Origin: Selaginella moellendorffii
Taxonomy: Eukaryota; Plantae; Lycopodiophyta
DNA: 64,000 nt
NCBI RefSeq assembly: GCF_000143415.4
Contig: NW_003314273.1
Location: forward strand, 1,704,052 to 1,768,051
Direction of reading: 5' to 3'
Positions 60,183 through 64,000 of the stretch are shown here, one piece after another. Under the pieces are notes generated by a model. It did not search any database. It was not told the DNA's origin and worked only from the letters and a program-made list of their open reading frames with translations. How positions within the stretch are numbered: position 1 is the stretch's first letter; every line of letters starts with the position of its first letter. The position numbers were made by a program, and so were the translations under genes.

Positions 60183-61737
60183 AAGTATCAATTTGAGAAG
60201 TTGAGCAATGGCATATGTTGGGACCCGAAGGCGCGCCGAAGGTAAGCTAATTAGCATGGGTTAGCTAGGTCGACCAGGCGTAGGGAGCTACGCCCGACTC
60301 CCTGCGGGGATGTCGAATCCGTAGACGTATTCTACGGAGGTTGGGTTCAAGTCCCAACCCCCTAGTAAAGCAAGGCTGGGTTCAAGTCCCGACCCTATAC
60401 TAGGGCGTGGTGAGGTGAGGAGTATAGGGACACCTATATTCCGTTGTCATGGGCTCTTGGCCGGGGAGGCTAACTTAGGCACACCGCTAAGTGGGGGGAT
60501 GCCCCCGGAGACATGGTCAACAAGTCGTAAGATAAAACGAGACGTTCGATGTGGGCATCGAACTTCTTCTATGGGTGGTGGAGTTGTAAGGAACCAACTC
60601 GCCGAGGTGTCGTAGGCTAAAGGAACCCCGAAAGCATGACCAAAATGACAAAGAGTTCATCGGATGAGACCAAGTCGAAGATCGAGTCCAAGACCGACTC
60701 TAGGACCGAGTTCGAGATCGAGTCCGGAATCGAGTCCGAGACCGACTCGGGGACCGAGTTCGAGTCCGAGTTCGAGACCGAGTTCGAGACGGAGTCCGAG
60801 ATCCGAAATCGGGTCCGAGACCGAGTCCGAGGTCGAGTCCGAAGTCGGGTCCGAAATCGGGTCCGAGATCGAGTCCGAGATCAAGTCCGAAACCGAATCC
60901 GAAGTCGGATCCGAAATCGGGTCCGAGATCGAGCCAGAGACTAAGTCCAAATACTAATACGGGTCAAGGGGTGAAAGCCCAAAGCGTGCGTCTCCCAGGG
61001 GGGGGGGGCTGCAGGGGGTTCCAAAAGTATAGTAGGGATAGTGAGGTCTAGGAACCAGTTTTGAAGGGACTCTCCAGTTGGGCTTCCAAACCGACTTGAG
61101 GTTGAGACTAGGACCGAGGGGCCTTGGGTGGGAGTGAGCATGGACTTGGCTGGTGCCGGAGGGGCCATCCAAGGAAGTGCTCAAGAGCAGCTCCCACTCC
61201 CGAAAGGGAAACCGATTGCGGTGCTCCCGGCTCATGTGGAATGGTGCCCCACTTGAGTACCATGCGGCTCATTGGTCCTCGCCCTCCCTAGGGGCTTGGG
61301 CCTTCCTTCGGGATGGAAGTGGGGGGCGAGAGGTACCCATACCGGGCCGCTAGGCCACGGTGTTTCGCCCCGGCATCCTGAAGCAAGTGTTGCACTCAAG
61401 ACTTGGGATTTAGAGGGTCCCATGATCAAGTCTTGTGGTACCAAGGGATGTTAGGAACCTGGAAGCTTGGTGTGCTTGGCTGCTTGTGCTTGCGGGGAGT
61501 GTAGCCGAACCTTAAGTCCAGTCTAACCCGGGGAGGGGGATTGGGAGTGATTTGGGAATCCGTGGAAGGATGGCTAACACTCCGTTGCTCGTGCAGTGAG
61601 TAGCTGAAACCAAGTAGGAGCTGGTACCATAGGCGAGAACCTTGGCGAGGGAACTTAGCAAAAGCCAAGGCAGCGTTGGACGGATAGACGAGGTAAGCTG
61701 GCAAATTGGAAAGGAAAAATTTGTGGCTTACAACGGT

Positions 61738-64000
61738 GTGTAGTTGAGGCATTGACATCGCTAGCACTTGTGTTAGTGGAAGTGGCATTGTTATTTCAAA
61801 TGATGAGGATTTTCCTTAGAGTTTGATTTTCCATGTCATTGTCATTTTTCTTGTTTGTGTTTTGGCTTCACATTAGATCTTGAGAATGATTGAAAAAGAG
61901 TGTTAGTGCAATGTGAATATCCGAAGATATAGTCTTCGTGATCAAGCCTTGGATGTTCATTTTGCATTTTGCGGACATTGGTGTTGGATGTCGAAAGTAT
62001 GGGCAAAAAAATGTTCAAGGCTTAAGCATACTATGGGTCATGAGAATTGGTGGAGGTGAACCTATATGAAGTTGTTGGTAGGAGGAAGTTGGTTGAGTTT
62101 TGAAAGTTTGCATTCCTGGACTGAGAGTCATTCTTTCTGGGATGGGAAAATTTCCACAAATTTTCTTAAGTTTTTCCAATAGTTGATTTATTGATCACTT
62201 TGTCCGAAAACCATTCCGTTTTTGTAAGCCAATACAAACTAGTTAAGGGGTTGGAGTTGACTTCGATTGGCTTAGATCTTAGTAGATAGTTTGTATGATG
62301 TGGCCCGAAAGGGATGCTGACTTTTGGGGCTAAAGCAATTGAGTTGGATAGAGTCTAGAGTTGGTGTAGAAAAGTGGCTGTTGCACTTTTTTAAGAAAGG
62401 TGACCCTTGTGCCTTTCTTTTATAACATTGTGCTTGGTGGCAAGTTGCACCTTGCATTTTGTTAGACTCTATGAGAGTAGTGAGCTCTCACTGATCTTGT
62501 GGTCTTGGTGGTCTTGCACCTTGGCTGAGGATAGTGATGTCCAACTTAGTTGTTTGTAGTTGAGACGTTGGTACCCATACTATAGCTTTGTCTATGAGGA
62601 GATTGTGTACCGATATGAGTCCATCTTATGGTCTTCACTTTGGTTCCGACTGAGTGTTGATCATGCATAGCTAGCCTCTTCAAGGCATGCTCAGAGCTAT
62701 TGACTAGACGTGTTGGTGAGCTTATTACAATTGAGTTGGATTCGAGTGGTCATTTAGTTTATGCTTGTCCATGAACCTTTATCTTGTGTCTAGGGTATTA
62801 CGTTCACGTATATGACTCAATAACATGAGTTTAGTGTTTGGGTCTTGTGAAGGCAAGTTGAAGGGTGATTGTTGATTGCTTTGCAACTAGTGATTACTTG
62901 TAAACTTAATTGAGGACTGTTGACACTTGCTTCACTCGATGAAGATTTATCAATGATGGGTTTACTTTACCGGACGGTGTTGCGGAGGATCGTGTCGTTA
63001 GACTTACATGGGTTTTCCATGTTGGCATATCGACTCTACTTCTATCGATATCATTTGGTTGTGCTTAGTTCATGGTGTTGGATTTCATTGAGTCTTGGAT
63101 GTGGTGATTCACTCCTTGATGAAGTGTTATCTGTAACTGAGTATTGTTGAAGGATTGGTTTCGGATATTGAGTAAAGTATCTTTGACCTTGGTTAGCTTA
63201 GTTGCTAAAGAGTTTTGAGTGGTGATTCACTCTTGCTTTCTTCTAGCTTTGTTATAGTGTTGATGGCATTGAAATGATACCTTGTCATTGATATTATTGA
63301 TGTTGAGATTCAAGTGAGATGAGATGTTTCTCCTTAGGATTGACATTGAGTTTCATTAGTCTTAATGAAAACAGTGTTGATGATTTAGCTATGGCTTTGT
63401 GTTATTGGCATTCGTACATTTGCTAGTTAGCAACTATGTTGACGTTCAAATGAATTGAGTAGCAAGTTTGAGTTAGTTGTGTTCTAGACAAAAATATTTA
63501 GTAGAGGTTGAGCTTTGAGCTTTTCCTTGAAAAGTGATTTAGTCATGGACTATGCTAACTCTACAAGTGGAAGAGTTAGTGATCGATATTGAAATATTTG
63601 AATCCTTATGGGATTTTAGTTGAAATATATTAATCATTGATGATTCTTCTTGTGCTTGTTATGAAGTGAATTCGTCTTGCTATAGATGGATTTATGAAGG
63701 ATCGTTTAGTGGTCACTTGTTGAGCATAGTTTCATTATGCTTGGCTTTTGAATTGATGCAGATATGCTTTTCATTAGCTTTGCATTATGAAGTTTAGCTT
63801 CTGGATGTGTTAAGGAGGATGTTGTGCATTATACCATGATTTTCTTCTTAGCATTGAAATTAATTCATGCGAGACTCGTAATCATTGCTAGGCATGACTT
63901 GGCTATAGGCTTATTTGAGCTTTTGGTTCCTTGAGTTTTATGCTCATTGTTCCATTTGTTAGAAGTTGTTGGGGAAGGCATTTTGGCTCATTAGCTTCAA
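61738..64000 (+). mobile_element. Continuation of the family D internal region
   Basis: Joins 45640 across the ACGGT TSD; reverse-complement similarity to 21090-23310. Confidence 0.78.

Larger units (their letters stand above)
45641..61732 (+). mobile_element. Chromovirus (Ty3/gypsy) family C insertion with three LTR starts (45641 partial; 46511-47351 + 55043-55350; 60585-61732)
   Basis: TSD ACGGT (45636-45640 / 61733-61737); about 1,148-bp LTR with TGTAAG...CTTACA ends; PBS TGGTATCGGAGC at 55354; PPT ATGGGTGGTGGAGT before 46511 and before 60585. Confidence 0.95.

Noticed and set aside
60140-60270. Possible further introns after the chromodomain (AT-rich tract; AG|GTAAGC at about 60242)
   Set aside because: There is no conserved downstream protein motif to fix the boundaries, so this cannot be supported without RNA data.

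Overview
Eukaryotic, repeat-dense (heterochromatin-like) land-plant DNA. Introns of about 38-70 nt, Met-tRNA-primed Ty3/gypsy elements, a 5S-bearing Cassandra-type LTR and TTTAGGG motifs fit a compact-intron early-diverging plant such as Selaginella; this host assignment is inference only. The window has two parts. (1) Bases <1 to about 12.1 kb look like one large DNA transposon. It has a minus-strand Sola-like (DUF7869-type) DDD transposase that runs off the window start. It also has a divergently transcribed 12-exon gene of about 1,640 codons that I read as ParB/Srx-like domain + degenerate beta-class N4C/N6A methyltransferase fold + acidic linker + FCP1/NIF HAD phosphatase. About 16 copies of a 22-bp palindrome, ATGGCRTG-N6-CAYGCCAT, lie in its introns, exons and promoter region, and I saw none elsewhere in the window. 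(2) Bases 12-64 kb are nested LTR retrotransposons: a chromovirus whose integrase is split by two canonical 47- and 52-nt spliceosomal introns, its non-autonomous partner family, a TRIM, a Cassandra-like solo LTR, an LTR with 92-bp terminal inverted repeats, and decayed gypsy and LINE fragments. Most ORFs carry C-to-T-type nonsense mutations. All domain calls come from motif recognition by eye, without database searches.
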